51,684 nucleotides of DNA, from IMG/VR virus record IMGVR_UViG_3300032046_000036, positions 1 through 51,684 of that record. One strand, 5' to 3'. Below, in pieces: positions 18,636-28,943 of this stretch. Both the position numbers and the translations under genes were made by a program. Under the pieces are notes generated by a model. It was given only the letters and a program-made list of their open reading frames with translations, was not told the origin of the DNA and made no database searches. This stretch comes from a virus (Duplodnaviria; Caudoviricetes). The first letter of the stretch is position 1. Each line of letters begins with the position of its first letter.

Positions 18636-19246
18636 CTGGTTACGAATCTCCCCGCAGGTATGCCGGGGAATCCACCGAATCTTGCTGTATTACTGTGAAC
18701 CCTGCATCCATTAGACTCGTCAAGGGTCTTGTCGCAGGAAGGTAATCCATCCGAATATCCGCATTCTGGACTTCTATAAACCCACCGGCACCTGCCTTTG
18801 ATGAACCGGTTACGGGGGAATTTGAGTCCAAAAAAGTTGTAATGCCCCAGCGTAATATTGGCAAGTTCCTGGTCGGCCGTAACCTCAACTATCTGGTAGT
18901 TGCCAAGGTCTATTGCCTGCGTGGTATCTATCCTATTAACAAGATATATCCTGACTTCGTTGCCCAGAAGTGCATCGTTCAGTTCCAGGTAAGCCATTAC
19001 CGACCTATCTATATTAGATACCGTCAGTGTTAGTGTCTCAAGGTTGCCCCGGCTGTTTTCCTTACTTTCACCTATTTGAATCGGGAAAGGGCTGTATTCG
19101 TGTCCGTCATAGGCTATCTTTTCTGAATGATTGGTCAGGTATAAGGCATCGGTATCGTTTATCTGAATGATAAATAAATGTGCATATGGGTCGGAGATAT
19201 TCAGTTTATTCTTCTGTAAAATTAAAGCGGATGGTATAATTTTCAA
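18632..19246 (-). CDS. Minor tail protein (gpL-like)
   Basis: YSPFP, LTVSNI, CRWVYRSPECGY..CDK..C..RFGGFP. Confidence 0.85.
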   Translation of the reverse strand: MKIIPSALILQKNKLNISDPYAHLFIIQINDTDALYLTNHSEKIAYDGHEYSPFPIQIGESKENSRGNLETLTLTVSNIDRSVMAYLELNDALLGNEVRIYLVNRIDTTQAIDLGNYQIVEVTADQELANITLGHYNFFGLKFPRNRFIKGRCRWVYRSPECGYSDGLPSCDKTLDESNGCRVHSNTARFGGFPGIPAGRFVTR

Positions 19247-19662
19247 TACAGTTCCTCCACCTCAAATTTTATATCATAAATATCGGGGTTCTTTTTGGTG
19301 ATGACTATGGTATCCTGGGCCACGCAGACCTTGATAGGCATATCCTCGTCTTCCGGCTCAAAGTAGAATACCTCTTCTGAACCAACCCTATCTGCCACAA
19401 ACTGGGCTATGGCATCACGCTCTGTCTTGCTACGATTGATAAAATTGAGTTCCAGTCGTCTGCGGGTTTTCCTGAACCAGGGGAAGGTCTGCACATAGCC
19501 CCTTTCAAACTCTTTCTCTATACCATAAAACCTATCCTCTACTGTGATGGTATAATCTGGCAAGTAGACAAAGGTTTCAATCGCACTTCCTTCCCCGCCG
19601 ACTGCTAATTCGGTATAGTTCGTAGGACTTGTTACGGTTGGTTGAGTCCCGCAATCCGGCAT
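19243..19662 (-). CDS. Distal tail protein (gpM/Dit-like)
   Basis: Directly after tape measure; F...R.G...F.F.P pattern, ends FEVEELY. Confidence 0.7.
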   Translation of the reverse strand: MPDCGTQPTVTSPTNYTELAVGGEGSAIETFVYLPDYTITVEDRFYGIEKEFERGYVQTFPWFRKTRRRLELNFINRSKTERDAIAQFVADRVGSEEVFYFEPEDEDMPIKVCVAQDTIVITKKNPDIYDIKFEVEELY

Positions 19663-19806
19663 ATCAAATACCTCCCAAAATCAGTTTTAAGGCATTTGGA
19701 TATAATATAGGTGATTTATTGCCTTATTCCATTCTTCTCTTACCTGTGCTTGCCTTTGCCCCACCAATAGCCTATAAAAGGGAATTTTAACCCTCTGATA
19801 ACGCTT

Positions 19807-21609
19807 TTATGACATAGACCGCCTGAAATCCCTATTTGACTGCATTGCCTCTGAGACCATCCCTATTACAAGCGACCTTCTCTTAACCAGAAGGTCGTCA
19901 AACCCACGTGTGTCATTGGCAAGAATATTGAAAGTTATATTAACCGCCCTACCACCACCTTCTGTAAATTTAACCGGTATGGAGCGGTTGTCCGGTAAGG
20001 GCACGACCGCTTCATTACGCCCGCCTTCACCGACAAGAGCAAGAGATGGACTTGATACTATGCCACCGTCTTGAAAGGCAGGGATGAATCCTGACATCCT
20101 GTTAATGATACCACCTTTTGCTTTTCTACCTATTGTGGGTGTTTCTATGAAACCTTTGCCTCCACCACCCCCACCGCCACCACCCCCTCCACCACCTGCC
20201 CCCGCTGTTACAAACATAGTAAAGAACTCGGCAACCATCTTCTGTGCCATTAAATCGGTTATCATCTTCAAGATAGACCTGAAGAAATCCTGGTAGGCTT
20301 TTCTTGCATCACCAGTTCGGAGTATGGTCTCGTAAGCCCAACTTGACAATCCCGCCCGCATATTATCAATAACTCCCTTGAAAGTCTTTTCCCAATTGAT
20401 GGCAGTATTAGTAGCATAACTCATAGCCGATGTCCAAGACAAACCCACATCCGCAGAGAAAGCCCTTGCATCACGGCTGAGTTTTTTCATTTCTTCCCCT
20501 ACAGTCTTCCACTCATTCGTGTTTTCTACATACTGTTCCTGCAACTTCTTGAGTTGATTTATTTCCTCTTGTATACTACCACCAGCGACAAAATATGCCT
20601 TTGCAATATCGTATTGTGCCTCAGCCTGTGTTCGTGAAACTTTTACCACTTCTTCTATTTTAGAAGGTATGCCCGTAATTGCTTCACCATATTCCACCCA
20701 TTTATCTGTCTCCGGCCCTAACTTTCCTGTTTTTTCCAACAATTTCTGATATTCCGTTAACTGTGCCCCCATTTTCTCAAATTGTTTTGACATCTCCTTG
20801 AATTTCAATGCAGACTTTTTTGTTATATCAAAATTTGCCAACTCATTAAACATATCCAAAGTGCCGGCAAATATCGCTGGGCCAATTCCCCTTACCGATT
20901 CCCAAAACATATCCCACCTTTTTCTCGCATCGTCTATCTTGTCAAGGGTTTCCTTACTTAACATTGGTATCTCTTTTGAAACTATTGCGAGCATCTTCTC
21001 AAAATTACCGCCGGCCTCAACAAAAATTTCTGATAGTCTCGCCCCTGCCTTGCCTAATAAGTCCTTTGCTATTGCAGTCCTTCTTGCTTCATTCTGCATT
21101 ATTCCTAATCTATTGACCAGCCTACCGAATACTTCCCAAAGACCGATTCCCTTATTCCTGACATCGTCAAAGGTTACGCCGAATTCCTCAAATTTTGCTA
21201 TTGCCTTCTCGTCTCCTTCTCTAACCCTATCAAGTTCTGTCGCCAAAGTAAAAAATCCCATCTGCAGTGTATTCAAGTCAAATCCGAATTTGACTGACAA
21301 GCCACGCAATATCTGAAATTGGTCGGTGGTCAGTGCCATAGAAGTAGCACCCTCTTTGACTTGCTGTGCAAAATTCATCACATCTTTGATAAGGAATTTG
21401 AATGCATAGGCAATGCCTTGGATGGTTGTTGGAACGCCTACAAAGGCAAGAAATGCGTTTCTGACATTGACGACCTGCTTATTGAGACTTGACATCTCTT
21501 TGGTTACTTCTTTACCCGCAGTGCCGGCACCTTTTCTGAATTTCTCCAATTCCTTTGACGCAAGGTCTCGTATCCTCAACAATATCTCAAGTGTCTTGCT
21601 GTCTGGCAT
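19807..21609 (-). CDS. Tape measure protein
   Basis: Helical 600 aa; C-terminal FQDGGIV..P.LALVGEGG.NEAVVPL; poly-Gly tract. Confidence 0.9.
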   Translation of the reverse strand: MPDSKTLEILLRIRDLASKELEKFRKGAGTAGKEVTKEMSSLNKQVVNVRNAFLAFVGVPTTIQGIAYAFKFLIKDVMNFAQQVKEGATSMALTTDQFQILRGLSVKFGFDLNTLQMGFFTLATELDRVREGDEKAIAKFEEFGVTFDDVRNKGIGLWEVFGRLVNRLGIMQNEARRTAIAKDLLGKAGARLSEIFVEAGGNFEKMLAIVSKEIPMLSKETLDKIDDARKRWDMFWESVRGIGPAIFAGTLDMFNELANFDITKKSALKFKEMSKQFEKMGAQLTEYQKLLEKTGKLGPETDKWVEYGEAITGIPSKIEEVVKVSRTQAEAQYDIAKAYFVAGGSIQEEINQLKKLQEQYVENTNEWKTVGEEMKKLSRDARAFSADVGLSWTSAMSYATNTAINWEKTFKGVIDNMRAGLSSWAYETILRTGDARKAYQDFFRSILKMITDLMAQKMVAEFFTMFVTAGAGGGGGGGGGGGGGKGFIETPTIGRKAKGGIINRMSGFIPAFQDGGIVSSPSLALVGEGGRNEAVVPLPDNRSIPVKFTEGGGRAVNITFNILANDTRGFDDLLVKRRSLVIGMVSEAMQSNRDFRRSMS

Positions 21610-21614
21610 ATTTA

Positions 21615-21985
21615 TCAGTCCTTTATCTGCAGGCTCTTAATCTCGTCATCAAAGACTTTAATCGCCTGCGTAAAAATAAACGCCTGGTCTAACATTCCAC
21701 CCTGCACCGGCAAATAGCCGTTCTTGTAGAAGTTGTAATACCGGATGAAGTTGACCGTGTCCGGCGTAATCAGTTTGACCGGACACCGATAAAACTTCTC
21801 AATCCCGGCACCGCCACATATCTTGCAGTCCGGATTCGTGCCTCCGCATCGGACACAGTCCATCTCAAACACGGGGATGGGGGCGTTGCCATCACAGCCT
21901 CTCTCCAGTCTCATCTGAGGGTTAGCGGAACAGGGTTTGCAGTCAAATTTTAACTTCCCAGTATAAAACCCTGCCCCGATTTTCA
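21615..21985 (-). CDS. -1 frameshift extension of the tail assembly chaperone (gpT-like, Cys-rich)
   Basis: Open -1 frame from the slippery site through MRLERG...YLPVQGGMLDQ. Confidence 0.75.
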
Positions 21986-22354
21986 GTTTTTTAGTTCGCC
22001 CTCATTGAGTCTGGTCTGTTCGGTAATGAAGTTCGCCAGTTCCGTGCGATAGTCCTGCCGGAGATAGTCCCACCGGTTGGCGTTCCCTTTGTCGTAGGGA
22101 ATCGGTTGCTCTTTCTTGTCCTTAAGGTTTTCCCACCCTGTTACCGCCACATCAAGTATGGCGAGCGTGCGAGTGCCCGTCTTGAAATGGAACTGCCCGT
22201 CCATATCAATGGTGGAATAACTGTCCTCTATCTGTGCCAATTCCCTTGCCGTAAGCACCTTGATTTTAAAGACGGTCTGCTGTTCCTTGGGCAGTTTTCT
22301 GTCATTCTTCAAAACATAATCCACTATCCTGCCCGGCTCTATTGCGATAGCCAT
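21983..22354 (-). CDS. Tail assembly chaperone (gpG-like)
   Basis: Between tube and TMP genes; VTGWENL; ends CTA AAA AAC TGA. Confidence 0.8.
   Translation of the reverse strand: MAIAIEPGRIVDYVLKNDRKLPKEQQTVFKIKVLTARELAQIEDSYSTIDMDGQFHFKTGTRTLAILDVAVTGWENLKDKKEQPIPYDKGNANRWDYLRQDYRTELANFITEQTRLNEGELKN
21986..21992 (-). other. Programmed -1 frameshift heptamer A AAA AAC
   Basis: X XXY YYZ immediately before the chaperone stop. Confidence 0.8.
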
Positions 22355-22406
22355 AGATTTCTCCTTTCTTGCCATCAATACCAATATAGGTCTGCCTTGT
22401 CCCTGA

Positions 22407-23330
22407 TTACAGTTGCTGGATGCTTATCTCGTCATCACCACTGTTGCCATTGAAAGCCAGTTCCATAGACGCTACATCAATCCCGTTCCTATCCGCGTCC
22501 TTCATACCCGTATACTGGACTTCCGGAGCCGTGATAACAAACTTGTTGCCATCAACACTACCCAGCGTTTCCGTGAATGCCATCTTCGTATCCGCCTTCA
22601 ATTTGGTAAGAAAATCATAGGTGGCAATCGGAACCATTTCTGGGTCTATTGAACCTTTCGGGTCTCTCTTGGTAATCACCGCCGACTTGTATCCGTCTGC
22701 CCCGTTTGCGTCATCCCGCAACGCTATCTCGTTGGCAATATCAATCGTCAATGCCGAGATGACGGTCGCATAGTTGTCAAGAGTCAGACTGGCATTGAGG
22801 AAGGCCGGCGGTATGGTCGTTGCCTCGGATACACTCGTAAGCATTGCCACAGTAGCAATGGAATCCAGAACTCCCGTAAACTCAAACTCCATCATCACTG
22901 GTTCACCTACCTTGTGGGTGAACTTGACTGTCCCTCTTGCACCCCTGATTTTCTTGCATATGCCGTCCAGATACAGTGCCATCGTCAGACAAGGTATGCT
23001 TGCGGATGCCGGGGTATAGGTGACTGATGTGCTTGCCGCTACGGTCTCTGTGAACCCACAGGCCTTGAGTAGTTTACCGTATGACGGTGCAGTCCCTTTT
23101 GCCCCTGACCCATGCAGGTCAACCTTGAATGAAATCTTGGATGCCCTCTGCCCAATCCTGCCGGCTTTCGGCGACAATGTCGCCCGTGATGGGTCTCGCC
23201 TGAAATACTTTATGTCCGGGTCATAACCCGCCTCATAGGTATTGCAAACCACATCCGCGGCCGCGAGGGCTATGGCTTCGCCTTCAGTAGTCTCAATCAA
23301 CGCCGCAACCTGACATCTGCGTCTAATCAT
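22407..23330 (-). CDS. Major tail tube protein
   Basis: LLKACGF.ET, GARGTV.F; position upstream of chaperone and TMP. Confidence 0.85.
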   Translation of the reverse strand: MIRRRCQVAALIETTEGEAIALAAADVVCNTYEAGYDPDIKYFRRDPSRATLSPKAGRIGQRASKISFKVDLHGSGAKGTAPSYGKLLKACGFTETVAASTSVTYTPASASIPCLTMALYLDGICKKIRGARGTVKFTHKVGEPVMMEFEFTGVLDSIATVAMLTSVSEATTIPPAFLNASLTLDNYATVISALTIDIANEIALRDDANGADGYKSAVITKRDPKGSIDPEMVPIATYDFLTKLKADTKMAFTETLGSVDGNKFVITAPEVQYTGMKDADRNGIDVASMELAFNGNSGDDEISIQQL

Positions 23331-23479
23331 TTATCCTCACCCCCTTCCTTTTTCTTTTTATTTTTGTCTATCACTGCCTTATTAGGGTCAGCGATAATTT
23401 TGCCATCCTTGTCTTTATAGACGGTGATGGCCTCGTTGACCGTCTCCGTGATTGGTTTTCCGTTTTCCATAAAACCTCC

Positions 23480-23929
23480 TTACCCCGCTGTATAGGGGTC
23501 GTTATATTTATGCCTGTAATGGATTTCTATCCTTATCTCAATCCCGCCATAGGGTTTGTTGACCTCGTTGTAAAAGGCGCTGTTACTTACCAGTTTGGTA
23601 TCAACCGCCACCCCGCCCCTTGTATAGTCAGTCATTAATGCCTTCTCCACATCGGCGAGCAAGGTATTGACTTCAACGCTAATGTCTCCTTGGTTTCTAA
23701 TCCAGCACTCAAGTATTATACCAAATTTGGTGGTATATTTGTCAAGAGGTTCTTGTGTTTTGGTCTCGTCGGCAGGGATTATGAGGATGGTCGGGAATTC
23801 CTGTATGTTCAGCCCCACCGTTTTTATCCGCTCCACCTTGCGGATGGTGGTGGTATAGGCAGGCGGAACCACCGCCTGAAGGGTGGTTACGATGTTCTTG
23901 ATTATCTTTTCCCTTACCGAGTCAGCCAT
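23480..23929 (-). CDS. Tail terminator (gpU-like)
   Basis: REKII..IV..L, LLADVEKAL..D.TRGG. Confidence 0.7.
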   Translation of the reverse strand: MADSVREKIIKNIVTTLQAVVPPAYTTTIRKVERIKTVGLNIQEFPTILIIPADETKTQEPLDKYTTKFGIILECWIRNQGDISVEVNTLLADVEKALMTDYTRGGVAVDTKLVSNSAFYNEVNKPYGGIEIRIEIHYRHKYNDPYTAG

Positions 23930-23930
23930 A

Positions 23931-24707
23931 TCAGTCAGTTCTTTTCTGTAGGATTATAGAGGCGCAGGTGAATAGGTTGCCCGGCGTCTCGTTTTTCCGC
24001 AGATATTTCAGATGTTTTTCTTCCCTCATTACTGGGTCGGCATAGACCGTGCTGTTACTTATATAATACTCAAACGGGTCGGCTATATCGTAGTCAGGCA
24101 CATCTATCGGAATGAGTATTCTCCTTAATTCACTGATAATACCATATAACAGTTCCTTGTGGTAAGTCCGGTAAGTATTGAAGTCCTTAACATAAAAGTC
24201 GCAGGTATGCCCGGTTATCCCTCCCGGCTTCAGCACCCTCGCCACTTCCTTTAATGCCCTAACCGTCTCCCTGACTATGTCATCATCATTCTTGAACTCG
24301 GCGATATGCTCAAGCACACAGACACTAAACACAAAGTCAAAAAAACCGTCATCTGCCGGCAGATTGAATATGGATGCCTTTTTGTATCTTATTCCTTGTC
24401 TCTTATACCACTCCAAGTCTTTCTTATCCGGCAGTATTATGTCCGTGGCATAAGCCTCGCATCCGTTCCTCGCAAGATAAAATGGCATCACGCTGGTTGC
24501 CGAACCTATATCCAGAACCTTCTTTCCAATCAGTGGGGGACGGAATTGGCATTCCCGTATTAACTTGGCATATTCCCAACCCCGTGTTGCCGACCAGGGC
24601 GGGTTCATCCCTTCCCTAACCAATTCATCACGCAGGCCACGAACCTCGTCTATCAGACCCCCGAACTGCATCACATCGCATTCCCGGAATACCGTATTGG
24701 CTTTCAT
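23931..24707 (-). CDS. Class I SAM-dependent methyltransferase
   Basis: VLDIGS, FDFVFSVCVLEH, RVLKPGG. Confidence 0.85.
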   Translation of the reverse strand: MKANTVFRECDVMQFGGLIDEVRGLRDELVREGMNPPWSATRGWEYAKLIRECQFRPPLIGKKVLDIGSATSVMPFYLARNGCEAYATDIILPDKKDLEWYKRQGIRYKKASIFNLPADDGFFDFVFSVCVLEHIAEFKNDDDIVRETVRALKEVARVLKPGGITGHTCDFYVKDFNTYRTYHKELLYGIISELRRILIPIDVPDYDIADPFEYYISNSTVYADPVMREEKHLKYLRKNETPGNLFTCASIILQKRTD

Positions 24708-25768
24708 ATTGTTATTCCCAAAATACCCTCAAGTTTCTTCTTCGTCTCTATGAATGAATATGTCTCTACCGTCTTATAGGCAAAGTCCACGACCTTTTTC
24801 CTGAACGCCTTGTCCTGCACAAGTCTGTATGCCTTTTTGAGGGCGTTTTCAATATTCCGGCAGTGGGGAATCCAGGTCTGGGGATACAGGTTGTATCCCG
24901 CCACGGAGCCGGAGCATACCAACGGAATCTTCAGGCCAGCACAGTCAAGGGCGAACTGGCCTCTGGTTTCAAGACAGTCCAGATGTATTCCCACCGTGCA
25001 TATACCCAATACTTTGATATAATCATTCCAAGGCATAACCGGTATTTCCTTTATTTCGTCTATTCCACATAGGGATTTGTAATAGTGATTCACCTCGTCC
25101 GTAGGCAGGGGATTGTTTGCAAATACCCAGACAGGCCAACCCGTTATTTTCTGTAATTTACCCGCCACATACAGGGATGAAATGGCATTGCGTTCCTCGT
25201 TGATGTTATAAAGTGACTTGCCAACTACGATAATGTTCTGCTGTTCTTTTGTAAACTGTTTGATGTATTCGGTATCAATAGGATGCTCTATGTCATAAAC
25301 ACGCTTGATTGTATCAATCGGGTGCGGGCGGTTAATATTGATTAAATCCCTGTCCCGCGTTATTACCTGCCAATATCCCTCGCTTTCCGGCAGTCCGTAA
25401 TGGAACACATAATCCGAAGCATTGACTATATCCATATACTTCTCTTTATTGGGAACGATAAAAGGATTCATCTGCCACCCGACTACTCCGTCAACATACA
25501 TAATCGTCTTGTATTTCCGTTCCGGATAGGCAACTATCTCAAGAAACTTGTTCAGTTTCTCATCCCGCTGGTCGGTCATCAGTAATAACATCACATACTC
25601 AAACTCCTGGCATTGCTGGGGTGTAATCCCGCCCCATTTAGCCACCTCGGTGGTGTTTTCCCAATCAGTGAAACACCTTACCCAATTGGAAAAGTTATTG
25701 ATGTAACTTTCCTTATTATTGAGCAAGTCAGCCTGGCTTATGTCGTGTATGAACAAGAATTTTTTCAT
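24704..25768 (-). CDS. Putative GT-B glycosyltransferase
   Basis: C-terminal ETRGQFALDCAGLKIPLVCS resembles the GT4-type E-x7-E/D region; context. Confidence 0.6.
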   Translation of the reverse strand: MKKFLFIHDISQADLLNNKESYINNFSNWVRCFTDWENTTEVAKWGGITPQQCQEFEYVMLLLMTDQRDEKLNKFLEIVAYPERKYKTIMYVDGVVGWQMNPFIVPNKEKYMDIVNASDYVFHYGLPESEGYWQVITRDRDLININRPHPIDTIKRVYDIEHPIDTEYIKQFTKEQQNIIVVGKSLYNINEERNAISSLYVAGKLQKITGWPVWVFANNPLPTDEVNHYYKSLCGIDEIKEIPVMPWNDYIKVLGICTVGIHLDCLETRGQFALDCAGLKIPLVCSGSVAGYNLYPQTWIPHCRNIENALKKAYRLVQDKAFRKKVVDFAYKTVETYSFIETKKKLEGILGITI

Positions 25769-25772
25769 AGAC

Positions 25773-26819
25773 TTATTCCTTAAAATTATTTATTCTCTGT
25801 TCAAGTAAGGTTATATCAAATTTACCAGTTTCATCACAGAAAATATAACTGGTATATGGTTCGTTTTTTACAATAGCCCAGTAATAACCACCTTCCTTCT
25901 GGAATCTATCCTGCGGAGTATATTTAGGAAATAGAGAAATGGTTTTAGTTTTGTATAACCACGCAATGTGCATCAGCCCACTGTCGTTACATATCATATA
26001 ATCGCTATTGGCAATAACCGAAACCTTCATCCGTATATTAGAGTCGTCGCAGAGGTATTTCACATGCGGATGACCCTTAAATTCCTTCAAAACCAAGACC
26101 ATATCCTTGAAGTCACTCTCGTGCAAGTCTGGATTTGATTCTCGTTCGGTTCCTAATATGGCAATCCTGTATTTTCGGTCAATCAACCATCTGATAATCT
26201 TATCTGCCATTGATGGCTTAATCATTCCCAACCCATCCCCGCTGAAGAAATGTATGGCAACCAATTTTTCGTCCACTGGACAGAGTTCTTTCTTTATGGC
26301 TTGTCCGTAAGTGGTCTCTTCCGGCTTGAGATATACTGTCGGTTCATCCATCTCAAAATAGTTTATGTCAAGTTTCAACTGCTGAAAGAAATCATCCATA
26401 GTAATTGTCCTTAACCGCGGGAAGGCCAGCAACTCATAGGCACGATTCACCACTCTCTGGAATACCACCTCATTAGGAATGTCCGGAAGATACTTGCCTA
26501 TTTCCGATTTCTTCCTACCCATAAGATTGGTAGCAAAGGCGTAGATATCCTGGTTAAGGAATTCCTGCCGACAGGCAACTATACATTCCAAATAAGGGTT
26601 GACATCAAAAAGAGCCTTGACTGATTCAATATTCCTTGCCGTATCCAAAAATAGATAGACTTTAAGATTAGGGAATACCGTCTTGATATGCCTTAATGCC
26701 CGCAGGTAATAACTGTCGTAGAGACGGTGGGTAAGGTCTCCCAAACCGCCCCCGTAATATAGGGACACCGAGAAGTCAATCTCATTCCCCATCCGCAACC
26801 ACTTGCTAATTGAATTCAT
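25773..26819 (-). CDS. GT9 (heptosyltransferase-like) glycosyltransferase
   Basis: GGLGD and ICNDSGLMHIA. Confidence 0.8.
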   Translation of the reverse strand: MNSISKWLRMGNEIDFSVSLYYGGGLGDLTHRLYDSYYLRALRHIKTVFPNLKVYLFLDTARNIESVKALFDVNPYLECIVACRQEFLNQDIYAFATNLMGRKKSEIGKYLPDIPNEVVFQRVVNRAYELLAFPRLRTITMDDFFQQLKLDINYFEMDEPTVYLKPEETTYGQAIKKELCPVDEKLVAIHFFSGDGLGMIKPSMADKIIRWLIDRKYRIAILGTERESNPDLHESDFKDMVLVLKEFKGHPHVKYLCDDSNIRMKVSVIANSDYMICNDSGLMHIAWLYKTKTISLFPKYTPQDRFQKEGGYYWAIVKNEPYTSYIFCDETGKFDITLLEQRINNFKE

Positions 26820-27496
26820 AACTTATCCTTGACTATGGCTAATGCCGTCCAGATGTATTTTTCGCACAATGGCTGGCACATAGCCTTCAATGTCTCTTTG
26901 TAATCCACCCTGAATCCGGCTTCCTCGCATTTCCTTGCCCACCAGAAAGGCGTCCTGATACAGAAATGGCTTATGTCCCTTTCCTTGGAGTTGTATTTCC
27001 TCGTTTCCTTACCATAAAAATTGTTAGCCGGCATCAGCAATCCCGCCCCGCCGGGCTTCAGTATTCTGTATATCTCTTTTAGGACATTTGGAATAAACGC
27101 CTTGTCAATATGCTCTAGAGTTTCCCTTGAGAATATATAATCAAACTGATTGTCCTTATAGGGCAACCCGTCAATTATATCGCACTGGCAAACCTGTTCC
27201 GGAATATGGGAATGCCTTATGGCGTATTCTGAAATATCAATACCCCTACAGTTATACCCCATCTTGTTCAGCCAATATACCACATTTCCCAGAGCACATC
27301 CTATGTCCAGTATCAAATCTGATTTTGACGGTTTTGCTATCTCTATGAATAATTCAGTCACTTCCTTATGAAACAAATTGTCAAGACTGAAAGCCGACTT
27401 ATCATACCAGCCCTTACCGGTCTCTCCAGCCCTAACAAAATAATCCTCGTTATAATAATTCACCCCTAATCTTTTGGGACTTTTATTTTCAGGCAT
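26816..27496 (-). CDS. Class I SAM-dependent methyltransferase
   Basis: ILDIGCALG, GIDIS, FD...ETLEH, RILKPGG. Confidence 0.85.
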   Translation of the reverse strand: MPENKSPKRLGVNYYNEDYFVRAGETGKGWYDKSAFSLDNLFHKEVTELFIEIAKPSKSDLILDIGCALGNVVYWLNKMGYNCRGIDISEYAIRHSHIPEQVCQCDIIDGLPYKDNQFDYIFSRETLEHIDKAFIPNVLKEIYRILKPGGAGLLMPANNFYGKETRKYNSKERDISHFCIRTPFWWARKCEEAGFRVDYKETLKAMCQPLCEKYIWTALAIVKDKL

Positions 27497-28422
27497 CGCT
27501 TAAATCCTTCTATAACTTCACTGACATTAATATCGTCAAGGCAGGGTGGTGGAAATACATTCTCTTTACCATTATTCCTTTTGCATTCCTTCCACGCACT
27601 CCAGCACGGGCAGTCCGGCCATCCATCCCCATTTTTTCTGTGCCTCTGTATCGGTATCATCTCGGAAAAATACTTCCCGTATATATCAAGGTCTTCACAG
27701 CCGAATATCGCCACGGTCGGCTTGTGCAGTCCGTTGGCAAGACAGAACATAGCAGTCGCCACCGTGATAACATAGTCGCACAGGCTTGTTATCGTCATCC
27801 ATTCCCGCAAGTTGATATTCCCGCCCAGCATAAGGACATTCCGGAGTGGAAGCGATTGACTGTGGAAGCATACCACCCCAAACCCGTAATCGTTGACAAT
27901 GGCGTCAACCAGTTCCTGCCACCTATCCAATGGCCAATCTTTGCTTGGATGGAAAGAAATAGGCTGTATCGCCACGATTGGTTTCGCCACATTCTCCAAT
28001 ACCTGACTGGCAAATCTTAGTTCCTCACGGCTGAAATTTATCAGCATATCGTGGTGCTTGAGTTCAATGCCAATATGCCTCGCCCATATATCGCTACGGT
28101 GCATATCAACATCCGGGGCTTTTGCCTGCTCGTATTCTCCGCACTTGTTTGTTATGTCCTTGCAGAACCCAAACCCTTCCCGTTCCGTTTCAAGATAGTT
28201 CACTACCCGGTCAATATGCGGATGGTCAGCCACCAATGGAAAGAATTCCGGCGGTATCGCATAGGTTATCTTCTTCCTTAACTTGGCTTTCAGGTCTTGA
28301 AATAGCATCCTCGTGTTAAGGATGTCCCCTATCCCGCCCTGTTGCCTGATGATAAGCGCCTCGCTTTTCTTCCCCTTGCACCTTATCGGAACGGTGGCGC
28401 TATTGCTGACTGTTATGTTCAT
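27466..28422 (-). CDS. GT9 glycosyltransferase with C-terminal Cys cluster
   Basis: GGIGD, SKDWP, PTVAIFG, CPCW..C...PCLDDI. Confidence 0.8.
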   Translation of the reverse strand: MNITVSNSATVPIRCKGKKSEALIIRQQGGIGDILNTRMLFQDLKAKLRKKITYAIPPEFFPLVADHPHIDRVVNYLETEREGFGFCKDITNKCGEYEQAKAPDVDMHRSDIWARHIGIELKHHDMLINFSREELRFASQVLENVAKPIVAIQPISFHPSKDWPLDRWQELVDAIVNDYGFGVVCFHSQSLPLRNVLMLGGNINLREWMTITSLCDYVITVATAMFCLANGLHKPTVAIFGCEDLDIYGKYFSEMIPIQRHRKNGDGWPDCPCWSAWKECKRNNGKENVFPPPCLDDINVSEVIEGFKRCLKIKVPKD

Positions 28423-28582
28423 ACTTCGTTTTCTGTTGTCTGATGAGTTTCTTTAACGCCCGTATCTGTTTGCTTAACCTATCATATTCCTTTGAAACAC
28501 ACATAAAACACAAAAACTTCCCCCCTATCCTTATGGGTGGAATTGTAAAATCCACCTTGCATCTTGGACAACGATAAGCCAT
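28400..28582 (-). CDS. Small Zn-finger protein
   Basis: CPRC and CFMC. Confidence 0.5.
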   Translation of the reverse strand: MAYRCPRCKVDFTIPPIRIGGKFLCFMCVSKEYDRLSKQIRALKKLIRQQKTKYEHNSQQ

Positions 28583-28594
28583 TATCCGGTCTTC

Positions 28595-28921
28595 TCAATT
28601 CGCGGGCATCCAACGCACGGTAACCGTAGGCGCCGGACTTCCGCCAGTGACGGAGATAAAGTTGCCTTTGATATACTTTACACACTTGTTCGCAATGTGC
28701 CTTAACTCGCTTGTGGTCGTCGTTGATGCATCAAGGTCATACCAGTTCGTCTCGTCAAGACTACCCTGGAGTTTGACACTACACGCCGAGGGGGCGCCAG
28801 TTACCTTTATCTCCCACGAGTGATTGGCAATGTTGTGGGGGACTTGCACCGCGTCGCCTTCTCCGACAACAGTCTTTGCATTCAACAATGTCTCTACCGT
28901 TCCCATTTTATAAGTCGTCAT
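28595..28921 (-). CDS. Small beta-rich putative virion protein
   Basis: VKLQGSLD..NWYDL; AGGAGG RBS. Confidence 0.6.
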   Translation of the reverse strand: MTTYKMGTVETLLNAKTVVGEGDAVQVPHNIANHSWEIKVTGAPSACSVKLQGSLDETNWYDLDASTTTTSELRHIANKCVKYIKGNFISVTGGSPAPTVTVRWMPAN

Positions 28922-28943
28922 AACTTCTGACCTCCTATTATAA

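Noticed and set aside
20161-20205. Poly-Gly CCA/CCG tract as a separate repeat element
   Set aside because: Low-complexity linker within the tape measure protein.
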